Origin: a virus
Taxonomy: Duplodnaviria > Caudoviricetes
IMG/VR virus record: IMGVR_UViG_3300037560_000072
Coordinates: 1-55,120 of that record
Direction: 5' to 3' (one strand)
DNA: 55,120 bases
The first letter of the stretch is position 1, and the number at the start of each line of letters is the position of its first letter. Shown piece after piece: positions 28,362 to 38,398 of the stretch. The notes beneath the pieces were generated by a model. It was not told the DNA's origin and did no database searches. It worked only from the letters and a program-made list of their open reading frames with translations. The position numbers and the translations under genes are program-made.

Positions 28362-29414
28362 TTACTGTCCGCCTTGCTGAGCCTTAAAGAGGTTATGAAC
28401 CAACGTATCGGCTATGTGCTCTTCAAAGCCAGCTTCGGTAGACGGTACATGTTCAGGCTGCTTTCGCGGGTGGATGTCAGCTCCGCTTTGGCCACCTGGT
28501 GCAGGTCCCAATCCCATTTGGGGTATGGCACGTTGTGGAGTGCCGAGTGCTTCGAGGCGTTCTCTCACTTCAGGTACTACCTCTCGAAGAATCCGGGTTC
28601 CATCACCAAATTTACCATCAGAAGCGTCAAGTCGCCCTCTGACTTTCTCATCAATCATGTCACGAATAGCCTTCTGGCCTTTCGCGTCATATACTGTCAT
28701 ATAATAGGCAAGAACTTCGTCCTTGTCAAGTGTATTCTGGATAATTTTATCCACTCTGATTTCCTCAGCATCACCTATGACCGTTTGCAGGTCATCAGAG
28801 AGGTCACTGAAACCTGTCTGCTTACCACTCAACTGCCCCTGCATTTTCTGTACTACTGCTGTAAGAGCAGCAATCTGCTGAGCTACGTTCCCGCCAGTTC
28901 CCGCACCCACGTTACCACCGTGTCCCTCCACATGGTCATCATACAGGCTATTTTCATCAAATCCTTCTGAACCGGGAGAGTTGCTGCTGCCCTCGTTCAT
29001 CTGTTCGTAAACGACACGGGCAGCTTCCTCTACCTCGTCCCCACTCAGTCCCATGGAAGCCCCGGCCCTACGGAACGCATTGATGTCTCCCGTCTCGGCC
29101 AGGAGGTCCATGTCAGCCTTGAAGTTGATAGCAGCATCAGCCTCCCTGGACTTGGACGATGCCTCCTGGTACCTAGCATCAGAGGATACTCCCTTCTGAG
29201 CCAGCTCCACTAACCGGGCGTGTGTAACAACTTGCTTCTGACCGTCCACTACAATCTCCGTAGTCTGCTGCTCATACGGATGAGGAGCACTCGCTAGTTG
29301 TGGAGGAACCGCTGAGGCCGGGATATTCTGTACCGGAGTGTTGTCAGTTTGGTCCTGCGGCATTGGATATGGGTTTACCTGTGCCTGTCCTGCTAGATTA
29401 GGTTGCGTTTCCAT
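28362..29414 (-). CDS. Capsid scaffolding protein
   Basis: VDGQ...VT...L...AQKG....RYQEAS pattern, coiled coil, located between portal and MCP. Confidence 0.7.
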   Translation of the reverse strand: METQPNLAGQAQVNPYPMPQDQTDNTPVQNIPASAVPPQLASAPHPYEQQTTEIVVDGQKQVVTHARLVELAQKGVSSDARYQEASSKSREADAAINFKADMDLLAETGDINAFRRAGASMGLSGDEVEEAARVVYEQMNEGSSNSPGSEGFDENSLYDDHVEGHGGNVGAGTGGNVAQQIAALTAVVQKMQGQLSGKQTGFSDLSDDLQTVIGDAEEIRVDKIIQNTLDKDEVLAYYMTVYDAKGQKAIRDMIDEKVRGRLDASDGKFGDGTRILREVVPEVRERLEALGTPQRAIPQMGLGPAPGGQSGADIHPRKQPEHVPSTEAGFEEHIADTLVHNLFKAQQGGQ

Positions 29415-29434
29415 TCTTCATTCTCCTTTAGTTG

Positions 29435-31486
29435 TTATGGTCCACCAACTCCGGGTGCAACACCCGGCGGGATTCCTGCACCTTCAACACCTGGACGCTG
29501 CTCGGCTGCCATAGCTTGGGCAGCAATTTCTTCCGGTGGGCCTAAGCCGGTTGGGAACACACCACTCAGAGTTTCAAGCATCATCTTCCATTCCTCAAAC
29601 CTACGACGTACTGGCTCCTCAGCCAGGGAAAACTCAATTCGGTTCATAAACTGTTGGACTGCCATCAGTTGAATCTGTGGATTCTGAGTATGCTCCCCCA
29701 CCACCAACGGCCCCGGAGTCTTACCATCCCGGAACAGTACAATGATCTGCCAGGTAGCCTTACGCCAGGTCTCCCAGATTTCCTTGTTGGCACCGGGGAA
29801 GTCTAGGTTCTCTTCCAACGCAGCAATCCAGAACCTAGTAGGGTCTACTAGTTGGAGACCATAAAGTTCCTTTAGCTCCTCTTTTCTGACGTTCCTGTCG
29901 CGGGGAGTACGATCTTTGACATTGACTTCGACTTCCCAAGGATTAGGCAGAGGATTATTCGATAACTCCATGAGTCCGGTTGTCGGGTCAATGATGACAC
30001 CTGCAACGGCATCGTCGATTGTGGCCAATTCAATAGTATCACCCGGCCCAAGTCGGTCCTTTGCCACTTGAAGCATCCTGGCATACGCACCAGCGAGGGC
30101 ATCAGCCATGCCATGAGTTGGTAGGCCCAAGGCAATGTTACCAGTGTTGAATAGGAACCCAAGTCCAGCCGCAGAATCAACCCTACCACTTGTCTCTCCT
30201 TGATAGTATGGACCCTGGTTAGCTAGACGCTGCATCTGCTGTAGAGCTATTTCCGCAACCTTAGCAGGCATCGTGCCAGTATTATGGGGACCAAGTGTAA
30301 ACGGCTGTCCACCCGGATTCAACGGATCGGGATCAAACTTCTCGACCTTGGGCCTGACTCCAGTACGCCATCGCTTGAGGTCAATTCCCGACGCTCCCGG
30401 TATGAATAGGGTACCGAAGGTGTCCAGCTCTCTGATGTTCTTGAATAAGGAGGCGAACATCTTCTCACATTGGTCATTGAAAGGGATAAGGGGATGTACG
30501 AATCCGCGAGCAAACATGCGACCAATGTCAGTATGGCGAGCGACATGAAGAGGACAGACAGCCTTGACCCTCTTCTGCTCGAAGTCTTCGTCCACGAGAA
30601 TAACGTCTCCGACCTTGATGATCCATCTGGCAACGAATTCTTGTGAGTCGTCATAAATGTAAATCTCCTCCAGCTTGACGTAGGAACGACCGTCCTTCTT
30701 TGCACGACTCTTACTGTCATCATATTGTGTAATGAGTAGTTCGTCTCGACGTAGACGACTGGAACTCCCCGGATCGTATCCTTGAGGTGACACCCTATCG
30801 AAGCTCTGTTGACCTGGAGGAGTGGTTCCCCACGGAACGTCCTGGGCATTTAGCTTAGCCCAGTCCGCCTTAACCTTGACTTCGTGTACATCCCTCATGC
30901 GAGCAACGGCCCACGCCATAGGTACCCACCGAACACGGGCTACACCAGTCAGGTTGCCAATACCGTCCACGTAAGCAGGAAACCCACGAAGCTGATTAGC
31001 GGGCACTACCTCAATCAGGTCAGGCATCTCGGGATCACCAGTCTCATAATGAGAAACACCCACAGTACCATACTTGAGAAACGGAATGACCACACGACGC
31101 TTGAACTTCTCACGAGGCATCTTGGCAGCAAGTGACCCAAGAGCGGCATTAGCAATAGATGCCTTCCGCAGGGAATCCAGAGACTCACCCTTCTTTTCCG
31201 CTACAGGAGAGATGTCCATTTTCATGTAGCGTCCGGCTTCAGTCAGAAACTGCCTTGCAATCTCCTCAAACTTGAAGTCCAACTCCCCCTTGGCGTTCTC
31301 ATACGCAATGGAGACATGCCCCGACCACCTATCCATCACACGAAACCTACGAACACCGGATAGGTAAGCGTCGATTACTTTCCACCCGACGCTGTGTACG
31401 TTACATTCAGTCTCGGCAGGCTGCAACTCATGCTCCAGGGCATCTGCCAGTTCTTCTTCTTTTGTTGGGAGGTCCAGTCGAGCCAT
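29435..31486 (-). CDS. Portal protein
   Basis: 683 aa; FLKYGT.G and RG.V..L.P.ND patterns; located after the terminase. Confidence 0.75.
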   Translation of the reverse strand: MARLDLPTKEEELADALEHELQPAETECNVHSVGWKVIDAYLSGVRRFRVMDRWSGHVSIAYENAKGELDFKFEEIARQFLTEAGRYMKMDISPVAEKKGESLDSLRKASIANAALGSLAAKMPREKFKRRVVIPFLKYGTVGVSHYETGDPEMPDLIEVVPANQLRGFPAYVDGIGNLTGVARVRWVPMAWAVARMRDVHEVKVKADWAKLNAQDVPWGTTPPGQQSFDRVSPQGYDPGSSSRLRRDELLITQYDDSKSRAKKDGRSYVKLEEIYIYDDSQEFVARWIIKVGDVILVDEDFEQKRVKAVCPLHVARHTDIGRMFARGFVHPLIPFNDQCEKMFASLFKNIRELDTFGTLFIPGASGIDLKRWRTGVRPKVEKFDPDPLNPGGQPFTLGPHNTGTMPAKVAEIALQQMQRLANQGPYYQGETSGRVDSAAGLGFLFNTGNIALGLPTHGMADALAGAYARMLQVAKDRLGPGDTIELATIDDAVAGVIIDPTTGLMELSNNPLPNPWEVEVNVKDRTPRDRNVRKEELKELYGLQLVDPTRFWIAALEENLDFPGANKEIWETWRKATWQIIVLFRDGKTPGPLVVGEHTQNPQIQLMAVQQFMNRIEFSLAEEPVRRRFEEWKMMLETLSGVFPTGLGPPEEIAAQAMAAEQRPGVEGAGIPPGVAPGVGGP

Positions 31487-31490
31487 GTTA

Positions 31491-31889
31491 TTATCCTTGT
31501 ATATCTACAGCATCACACCCCTTGGGTGGCCACACATCTTCAGGTTGCTCATCTGGAGTCCAGGACTGTACATCTGAGAAGTTACTTTCAACCCGAGCCT
31601 GTGCCCGGTGGACCACAGCATCCTGAGACTGTCCACGATTCACCATGGACATCTCAATCAGTCGATCTACCAGCTTACTTGAATCCACCTGTGAAGCCGC
31701 CAGCTTGTCTAACCGGGAGAGTATGCTCTCCTCCACCTCATCTATGTGACCTTCCAGTGCTACCATGTCCTTCAATAAATGAAGAAGCTGGTCAAGTTTT
31801 CTTTCAACTGTAAACAGCCTCTGCATTGTCCTACCAAGTTTCACAACAGCCAGTACTAGTTCCTCCAGCTTGTCCAATTGCTTACTCAT
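31491..31889 (-). CDS. Hypothetical coiled-coil protein
   Basis: 132 aa with SD AGGAGGAG. Confidence 0.6.
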   Translation of the reverse strand: MSKQLDKLEELVLAVVKLGRTMQRLFTVERKLDQLLHLLKDMVALEGHIDEVEESILSRLDKLAASQVDSSKLVDRLIEMSMVNRGQSQDAVVHRAQARVESNFSDVQSWTPDEQPEDVWPPKGCDAVDIQG

Positions 31890-31898
31890 TGTCTCCTC

Positions 31899-33794
31899 CT
31901 ATGCGTAGTTTACCCAGTCTGGTTCTGGTTCGTAGTCCTCTTCCTGGGCCTCTTCCCACCGCTTCTGGAACATCTCTTCAAGTACTTCGTTTGGAATGTC
32001 CCCAGCATTGATTCCGGACATCACACCAATACCGGAGTCATAAGAGTACTTCCCCTCCTTCAGCATTTGGATAGGGTCCTTGAACATGTGTGTATCTGGA
32101 CCAGCCGGTGCTGGGTGACCAAATAACCCTTTGGCATTCGACATGGCCAAAGTATCAATCGCATCATCGAAACGAAGTAGGGCCAGGTCCTCAGTGAAGT
32201 TCTCAACCTGGTACCACAAATCACTGTACGGCCTCTCCCGGCTTTGATCCAGTGGGAGTTTTACCCTGTACTGCTTAAATCTCCAGTGCAGACCGGCTAT
32301 CTTGTCGGGCTTCTTATAACTCGTTGGAAAACTTACTTCCAACACCCGACAAGGGACCTCGCCCTCCCCATACATTGCAGGGAGGTCGTGTGGTAGTCGC
32401 TTAGCCAACTCCATCTGCACTGGATATGCCTCTACTGCAACAATAGGAACTTGCCACTTAAGAGCCATTAGATAGGTACGTCGGATCACCTCCTCTGTTG
32501 GTTTCTTGTCCAGCCAAAGATCAAGAGACCACAAGGTATCCCGATAGTATCCAGAGTTCTCGATGCCCATTACGTGGATGCACGAGAAGTCGGAGGTTTC
32601 GGAGACGGTGGGTGCCCAATCAATCGTAATAAATCGACGCATTCCGGCAACGGCTTCCCCAAACGGTCGAACGACGGATCGAGGCAATGGTACCGGTTCA
32701 TCCAACGCATTCTCCCATCCGGCGAGTTGGTAAGACACCATCTTAGCTTGGGAGTTGAGGGGATCGGTTGCATAGGCTCCATCTTTGTCCTCCACCCAGT
32801 AGGTATTGAGTTCCGGATGGATACGCAGGATACGCTCTGCTTCCGTTACCGGATTGTTTTCATACTGTGCTGCATAGGCCGCTGGACCCATACGACGCTT
32901 CTGGACTATCTGCCACTCACGTCCCATCTTCTCCGGCCACTCGTCCACGGTTTGGCCATCTGTGTTTACAAAGGTCACAGCATGGAACAGACGCTTCCAA
33001 TCGTCGATGCGAGCGTCCTTAGTAGAGTGAAGCCAATAGATGAAGGTTCTCCGGGAGAGTAGTGTCCCGATGATCCGTATCTTAACATCAAAGTTATCGG
33101 CCATAGGATAGACTACGTTGAAGAAGAAGGACTGGAACCCCTTGATGTTCTCTGAGGGCACCATAATGAGACTGTCATCCTTCTCCACATCATCGAAGTA
33201 AATCTCGTGAGGACGCTTACCTAGTGCAGCCCCCATGATTGGCATACCAGTAATCATAGCCCCATTACGGAGTTTGATTTGACTATGATTCCAGATTCCA
33301 CCCTGTGACTTACTAGGCTTCAATTTTCCGAAGTCATCAATGATTAGTGAGTTGTCATCTATTTGTGACATGAAGTCATCGAAGGTGGTAGTAATGAAGT
33401 CCTGCTTAGCCAGGAACATCACCGACTCCCAGTGGGGACGAGCTACTATCTTACGAAGGATGTTCTCCTTAACCAATGTAGACTTGGCTGCTGATCGTGG
33501 AGCCGCTGTCACCGAGAGCTGAGAGTTCTCCCAGTGATACAACCAACGGTAGTGCATGTCTGGACTGCGGTGAGTGCCGTGTTTATAAAATGGTCCACGA
33601 CCACAAATACCAGAAGCAGTCGGGAAGAGATAGTGCTCACGGAAGAATGCCCACGAGGCCACCTCCAAGTCAGGTCGTCCTTCCAGACGTACTGCATTCA
33701 CACGAGCCAACTTCCTCCCACCACTATCGAGCGTGTCGTAGTCTCTGGGAAGCGGCCAGTATGGGTTGTTCTTTCTAGGGAAGACTGTTGGCAT
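31899..33794 (-). CDS. terL: Terminase large subunit
   Basis: Walker A APRSAAKST, G.RP...YFDDVE, IGT, QYENNP; nuclease IDWA...SDFS and DDAID. Confidence 0.92.
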   Translation of the reverse strand: MPTVFPRKNNPYWPLPRDYDTLDSGGRKLARVNAVRLEGRPDLEVASWAFFREHYLFPTASGICGRGPFYKHGTHRSPDMHYRWLYHWENSQLSVTAAPRSAAKSTLVKENILRKIVARPHWESVMFLAKQDFITTTFDDFMSQIDDNSLIIDDFGKLKPSKSQGGIWNHSQIKLRNGAMITGMPIMGAALGKRPHEIYFDDVEKDDSLIMVPSENIKGFQSFFFNVVYPMADNFDVKIRIIGTLLSRRTFIYWLHSTKDARIDDWKRLFHAVTFVNTDGQTVDEWPEKMGREWQIVQKRRMGPAAYAAQYENNPVTEAERILRIHPELNTYWVEDKDGAYATDPLNSQAKMVSYQLAGWENALDEPVPLPRSVVRPFGEAVAGMRRFITIDWAPTVSETSDFSCIHVMGIENSGYYRDTLWSLDLWLDKKPTEEVIRRTYLMALKWQVPIVAVEAYPVQMELAKRLPHDLPAMYGEGEVPCRVLEVSFPTSYKKPDKIAGLHWRFKQYRVKLPLDQSRERPYSDLWYQVENFTEDLALLRFDDAIDTLAMSNAKGLFGHPAPAGPDTHMFKDPIQMLKEGKYSYDSGIGVMSGINAGDIPNEVLEEMFQKRWEEAQEEDYEPEPDWVNYA

Positions 33795-34058
33795 CTACTC
33801 GAGCTTCCTCCACACTAATGCTACCGTTCCTGCTGGCATGTCTCCAAGAGGTATCACAAAGAAGGTTTCGTCTCCTACTACCATTGTAGTTTCAACTGTG
33901 GTCTTTGGTGCCGTACTGTTCTTAACAAGACTCCACCAGCTCTCGTAGTCAATACCAATTGCAAACTTCTCTGGATCAACCTTACCGGTCATGGCCCACA
34001 GACAGTTCAAAACAGTCCGGATTTCCTTCTCAACTGAATCTGGTGATATGTCAACCAC
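33795..34058 (-). CDS. Hypothetical protein
   Basis: 87-aa ORF packed between its neighbours. Confidence 0.5.
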   Translation of the reverse strand: MVDISPDSVEKEIRTVLNCLWAMTGKVDPEKFAIGIDYESWWSLVKNSTAPKTTVETTMVVGDETFFVIPLGDMPAGTVALVWRKLE

Positions 34059-34059
34059 C

Positions 34060-35088
34060 CTATACCTCCATCAGTGCAAAGCTGAGGAAACCAACCATGA
34101 CGGTTACAAAGGCCCCAGCGACGTGGGGTGCTACCAAGTGACCATTCTGCATCTTGGTAATACGACCACATATAGTTGCAAGAATCTGTGGGTCCTTTAT
34201 CGTGGCCAGGAACCTCTCATCGAATGAAGACTTCATCTCTTCAGGCCATGTATTGTAACTTAGGTTTTTGTTGCAGGCACCGGCAACGAATTGTCTCCAG
34301 AACTTGTGCGGATCTTTCTGACTCAGCCAGTTGGTAACCTGATCCGTTAGAATCTGCTGACGCTCCAGACGCTTTGTCTCGATAGGATCAACCGGCGAAG
34401 TCTCTTCCTCAACCAACTCAAACTGTTCTAAACCGGGAGAGCTGTCGGGCTCTTCAATCAAGGGAGCAGCCGTACCAATAGGACCCATGGACATACTAGG
34501 AGTCGGGGGTGCTGTCTCCTGGGAAACCGGAGGCAGCGTCTCCTTGGGAGAGGAATCTGGCACGTATACGTGGGTCTGTGGATCTAGCGTCGTCTGCACC
34601 GTCGGCGGGACGGGGGGTTGAGGCGTCGGGGGATTCAGGACCGCTGCCAGCGTCCCGTTCGGAGCTGAGCTGTCGAGCGGCTCTGCGACGGGCTTCACCG
34701 GGGGTGTAAGGGGTGGTGCGTACCGTTGGCTTTGGATTAGCTGAGTCATTACTCCAGTCAACTTGTTGATGTTGTCGTTGATCTGTGATACCTGACTCTC
34801 CAGGGCCACAACTCTCCCGGCTTCCTCCAGATTGGATGGGAGTCCTGCTGCTTCGTTCATCTTCTGCTCCTCCAGTTGTTGTTTGGTCATTACGTTCGCC
34901 CTCCTCCGTTGGATTGGGCGGACTGGTCCGTTCTGGGCCATGTACTGCATTGTTCTGCTCAGGCCCTCGTTGACTACATCTACTCCCTCTGATTCTACTG
35001 AGTGTGCCATCTCTACCGATCCCGCTGCTGCTGCTGCCGGGTCCGGCATACTGCGGGTCTGGAACATCGCCATCTGTTCTGGTGTCAT
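34060..35088 (-). CDS. Hypothetical protein with Pro-rich linker
   Basis: 342 aa; the GGGAGAG of a motif copy sits at SD distance from its ATG. Confidence 0.6.
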   Translation of the reverse strand: MTPEQMAMFQTRSMPDPAAAAAGSVEMAHSVESEGVDVVNEGLSRTMQYMAQNGPVRPIQRRRANVMTKQQLEEQKMNEAAGLPSNLEEAGRVVALESQVSQINDNINKLTGVMTQLIQSQRYAPPLTPPVKPVAEPLDSSAPNGTLAAVLNPPTPQPPVPPTVQTTLDPQTHVYVPDSSPKETLPPVSQETAPPTPSMSMGPIGTAAPLIEEPDSSPGLEQFELVEEETSPVDPIETKRLERQQILTDQVTNWLSQKDPHKFWRQFVAGACNKNLSYNTWPEEMKSSFDERFLATIKDPQILATICGRITKMQNGHLVAPHVAGAFVTVMVGFLSFALMEV

Positions 35089-35512
35089 CTGGTAACTCTC
35101 CCGGTTCTACATCTATGATTTTCGTAGTCTGACTTCCTGCTTCTAGGAGGGCCAGGGTTGACAGCGTTCTGGCTGCTCCATCCTTGATGAGCTGAAGTCC
35201 TTCTGCTGTCAGCGTCTTCTTGGTTTCTCCATCATCCTGTACCGCTTCGAGCGAGATTCGTCGGATAACACCATGAAGTGTCAGAGCCTTTTCGGCTTTC
35301 TCGTCCAGCATCTTTACGGCCTTCATTCGTTCACTGGCCGTATTGTTGACTGTATCTCTGGCTATAGTCGCCAGGATTTCGATTGCCTGATCCGAGTCCC
35401 ACCCCTGATCGTGTAGGGCATCACCGATATTGGTAGGATCAAATAGGGACTCAGCAAAGGATCGAGGTCCTACGCCTTCTGGATCAGCCTGAATAATTGA
35501 AGTGTCAGCCAC
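34496..35512 (-). CDS. Possible terminase small subunit (first ~140 aa) with a long overlapping C-terminal extension
   Basis: Helical N-terminus with L..IARD...SERMKA..ML; lies upstream of terL. Confidence 0.45.
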   Translation of the reverse strand: MADTSIIQADPEGVGPRSFAESLFDPTNIGDALHDQGWDSDQAIEILATIARDTVNNTASERMKAVKMLDEKAEKALTLHGVIRRISLEAVQDDGETKKTLTAEGLQLIKDGAARTLSTLALLEAGSQTTKIIDVEPGELPDDTRTDGDVPDPQYAGPGSSSSGIGRDGTLSRIRGSRCSQRGPEQNNAVHGPERTSPPNPTEEGERNDQTTTGGAEDERSSRTPIQSGGSRESCGPGESGITDQRQHQQVDWSNDSANPKPTVRTTPYTPGEARRRAARQLSSERDAGSGPESPDASTPRPADGADDARSTDPRIRARFLSQGDAASGFPGDSTPDS

Positions 35513-35945
35513 TTAGTTTACGGCCGCTCCATGTGCTATGGTCCTTGCGAGTTCTCTTCTTTCTCTTACCTATAATAGCATCATCACCCGCTGAAGTCAA
35601 GGTCTTCGTAAGAAGAAGTACCCTCTTTTTCAGGGCGTCCATGGTCAAGGTCCCGTAGAGGATCCCGGCCAACTCCTGATGGACACGTAGCAAATCCGGA
35701 CGTTCCTTGATCTTCTTGGGCATTCCCAGGCCAAACAGTGCAGATTCAAATGCGTAAGTGAGGATGTAACGGCTGTCAGACGTACCTGGGAAGTGGACGA
35801 GAGGAATCTCCAGGAGGCCCACCAGGGACCTCACGCTCTTCTCTGTGGACCCCAGCAGGTTGGCAAGCACATCTAGACGGGTGTAATGTGCTCCGGCTCC
35901 TAGCTTGATATACGGAGGAGGCGGCTTATCCGGTTTCACTTGCAT
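35505..35945 (-). CDS. Putative HTH DNA-binding protein
   Basis: LDVLANLLGSTEKSVRSL helix-turn-helix-like segment; basic C-terminus. Confidence 0.45.
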   Translation of the reverse strand: MQVKPDKPPPPYIKLGAGAHYTRLDVLANLLGSTEKSVRSLVGLLEIPLVHFPGTSDSRYILTYAFESALFGLGMPKKIKERPDLLRVHQELAGILYGTLTMDALKKRVLLLTKTLTSAGDDAIIGKRKKRTRKDHSTWSGRKLSG

Positions 35946-36061
35946 TTTTCATTACTCCCTGCAAGGGATGTCATAGATCCACAGATGAATCTATGTTTTC
36001 CTTATCCTTACTCTATACCCCTTTTTCTATATAAACAGTTAAAAAGCACTATGGTATTGGT

Positions 36062-37411
36062 TCAATTCCGTGGTACGAAAATCTGGAGGCCCACGTAGTG
36101 CATTTCGCGTGCATATTGTGGCCCGAGCCGTTTCTTTTCCACTCCAGGTACCAGCTTCTTTATGAGGCGTCCTACTCCAACAGCACTCAGAGCATTCAGT
36201 CCATTGTCTTTACAGTAAGACTGATATTCTTCCATGAATCTCCTGGTCGGCTCAGAGTAGGTACATGCTTTGACCATGTCATCAACGAACTGAGAAAGTG
36301 AGCAGGTATCATGTCTGGCTTCGGTCTTGGCTTGTAGGAATGACTGAGAGACCGTGAAATGACCTTGCTTCTTGAGTCGCTTGAGACCAGCCAAGGCCCA
36401 ATTGAAGATACCCGGTAGTTCCCGACGAAGAGGCCACGAAGTCTTGCTTGAGTCCAGAAGAGACCGGTCTATCTCATGGTCCTGGAGTCGGACGTTCATA
36501 GGAACTACGATGAACCTATCCCATAGAGCCTCAGAGGTATCCTGGACTTGGGGAAAGACGTTGGTAGCTACAACGATCTTGGCGGTCATCTTGAGATGGA
36601 CAGGCTGCTTGTACTTGCGATCTACTAGGATAGTGTCTCCACCAGTGAATCGCTTAATGACTCCTTCGGCTAGGCGATCGATCTTGTTACAGTCCCCACA
36701 GAAGTTGACCAGCTTGCCGACCATCTCTTGGGGAGAGAATCTATTCCAGAAACACTCTAAAGGTACAGCACTTCTATTCTCAGTTCCAATCATGGCTTCC
36801 AGGATGTTACAGAGGGTAGACTTCCCGGTCTTGGCCTCACCGTACAGGATCAGCATAGACCTAAAGCTGGTATCCTTAGTGAGGCAGTAGCCGAACCATT
36901 CCTGCATGACCTCTTGGGAGGGTTTGTCTGGAAGAACCTTGTCAAGGAAGGACATAAATTTGGGACAGGTTACTTCTGGATCATAGTCATGGTCCATGAT
37001 CACAGTACTGAACCAGTTGGGGGTTGGACGCAGCTTAACTGAACGAACTCCCTCTGTTGAAAGGACATCTAGGTCCATGAGGCAGTCCTTGAAGGCCAGG
37101 AAGTTACTAGTATCGTCGTAGGACTCTATGTCCACGTAGAGTGGCATGTCCACTGTACTGGCTATGTTGACGTGTGGTAGTGATCGGATATGATTACGTA
37201 GTTCTCGGATGGAGGATGTCGAAGCGTCCTCATGTTCCTCCGTCATCCAGGTTACCATCATGCCCGTAATGTCGTCCTCGCTCACAACACGATAACGACC
37301 CATGGACCAGATCCACCATTCCTGCCGGTAGTACCGGAGAGTGGTAGGACTCCCGTACCTGTTCTTTACAAATTGAATTGCTAGCTGGTAGTAGTTCGTT
37401 CCTTTTGACAT
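36062..37411 (-). CDS. SF3 helicase of the P4/D5 primase-helicase family (no primase domain visible)
   Basis: D5_N-like region, QEWFGYCL, Walker A GEAKTGKST, K.FTGGD, ATN.P, A.W.RF. Confidence 0.88.
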   Translation of the reverse strand: MSKGTNYYQLAIQFVKNRYGSPTTLRYYRQEWWIWSMGRYRVVSEDDITGMMVTWMTEEHEDASTSSIRELRNHIRSLPHVNIASTVDMPLYVDIESYDDTSNFLAFKDCLMDLDVLSTEGVRSVKLRPTPNWFSTVIMDHDYDPEVTCPKFMSFLDKVLPDKPSQEVMQEWFGYCLTKDTSFRSMLILYGEAKTGKSTLCNILEAMIGTENRSAVPLECFWNRFSPQEMVGKLVNFCGDCNKIDRLAEGVIKRFTGGDTILVDRKYKQPVHLKMTAKIVVATNVFPQVQDTSEALWDRFIVVPMNVRLQDHEIDRSLLDSSKTSWPLRRELPGIFNWALAGLKRLKKQGHFTVSQSFLQAKTEARHDTCSLSQFVDDMVKACTYSEPTRRFMEEYQSYCKDNGLNALSAVGVGRLIKKLVPGVEKKRLGPQYAREMHYVGLQIFVPRN

Positions 37412-37728
37412 TTCGTCACTTCCTTTCTTGCCTGTCTGGGGTCAGAGCAGGCTCGACAGAGAATGACGCAACGTGCTAGAATCTCGTTTATTTGGTCACA
37501 GTTTTTCACGGTCGATGATCGGGATAGTTGTGAGATAGGAACGTCCGAGTCCCTTGGCTCGCCGACGTACTTGAACACGAAGCATCGTGGGTTATATGAA
37601 TCATCCTCCCAAAATCTTGCAAAGCCTCCTTCCAATGCTCGCCCCTTACCACACACAGCACATCCATAGGCTATTACAATTTTCAGCTTCCGAACGGCGA
37701 TGTAGGCGTCTTTTTCTTTGCGTGTCAT
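37381..37728 (-). CDS. HNH-like Zn-binding protein, catalytic His apparently absent
   Basis: GCAVCG...EILARCVILCRAC. Confidence 0.5.
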   Translation of the reverse strand: MTRKEKDAYIAVRKLKIVIAYGCAVCGKGRALEGGFARFWEDDSYNPRCFVFKYVGEPRDSDVPISQLSRSSTVKNCDQINEILARCVILCRACSDPRQARKEVTKCQKERTTTS

Positions 37729-37742
37729 TTTTCCTCCTGCTT

Positions 37743-37771
37743 ACTATAGGCAGGTCGCGGCACGAAGTCAA
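37743..37771 (-). promoter_or_regulatory. sigma70-type promoter
   Basis: TTGACT-N17-TATAGT, then AGGAGG SD and ATG at 37728. Confidence 0.75.
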
Positions 37772-37831
37772 CTAGAATCGAAAAATGTGGTCGGCCGTGA
37801 AACGTCGGGCACGCGACGATCCGGGAACGTA

Positions 37832-38020
37832 CTACCTTATCTTCTTTTGCATCGCCGCTTGCGAAACCGTTTTCTTCTTTCCGGCTTTTCGCATCGCTGC
37901 CGCTACTGCCATCAGGTAACGCTTCTTCTTGGACTTTTCCGGAGCGAACGTTGGACTTTCCAGTGTCTCTTTGATGTTGGAGCTGATTGTCTCCTGACTG
38001 TTTCCACCTTCCAGAGGCAA
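37832..38020 (-). CDS. Small basic protein
   Basis: MPL.GG.S...ISSNI.E...AVAAA..KA pattern common in phage small virion proteins. Confidence 0.55.
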   Translation of the reverse strand: MPLEGGNSQETISSNIKETLESPTFAPEKSKKKRYLMAVAAAMRKAGKKKTVSQAAMQKKIR

Positions 38021-38023
38021 TGG

Positions 38024-38398
38024 TTAGTTCCTCCCGTAATGCTTTTCATAGGCCCCACGACTGATGGGTTTCTTCTTGGCCGGTCTATCAGAGGCAGAAG
38101 AGGCTGCTTCCTTGGTAGTTTCTTCAACAGACTTCAAACCCTTCTTTATCTTGCCTGGCATCTTGGATGCACGCTCAACTAGTTCAAGAACACCACGAGC
38201 ACCTTCTGACAACGAACCCTTCTTCGCTTTAGGCTTGGCGGCTCCACCCCTACCTAAGAGTTTCTCAGTTCGGATCACAATGCGGCTAGCGTGGATGAAT
38301 GTCTTAGAAGTAGTTCGGCCATTCATTCTCTCAACTCGTACAATGCCCCTAGCCTTTGAAAGCTGCTTCTGAAGTTTCTCCCTATTGATTCCTGCCAT
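38024..38398 (-). CDS. Lys/Arg-rich protein
   Basis: 124 aa; start overlaps the upstream stop. Confidence 0.55.
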   Translation of the reverse strand: MAGINREKLQKQLSKARGIVRVERMNGRTTSKTFIHASRIVIRTEKLLGRGGAAKPKAKKGSLSEGARGVLELVERASKMPGKIKKGLKSVEETTKEAASSASDRPAKKKPISRGAYEKHYGRN

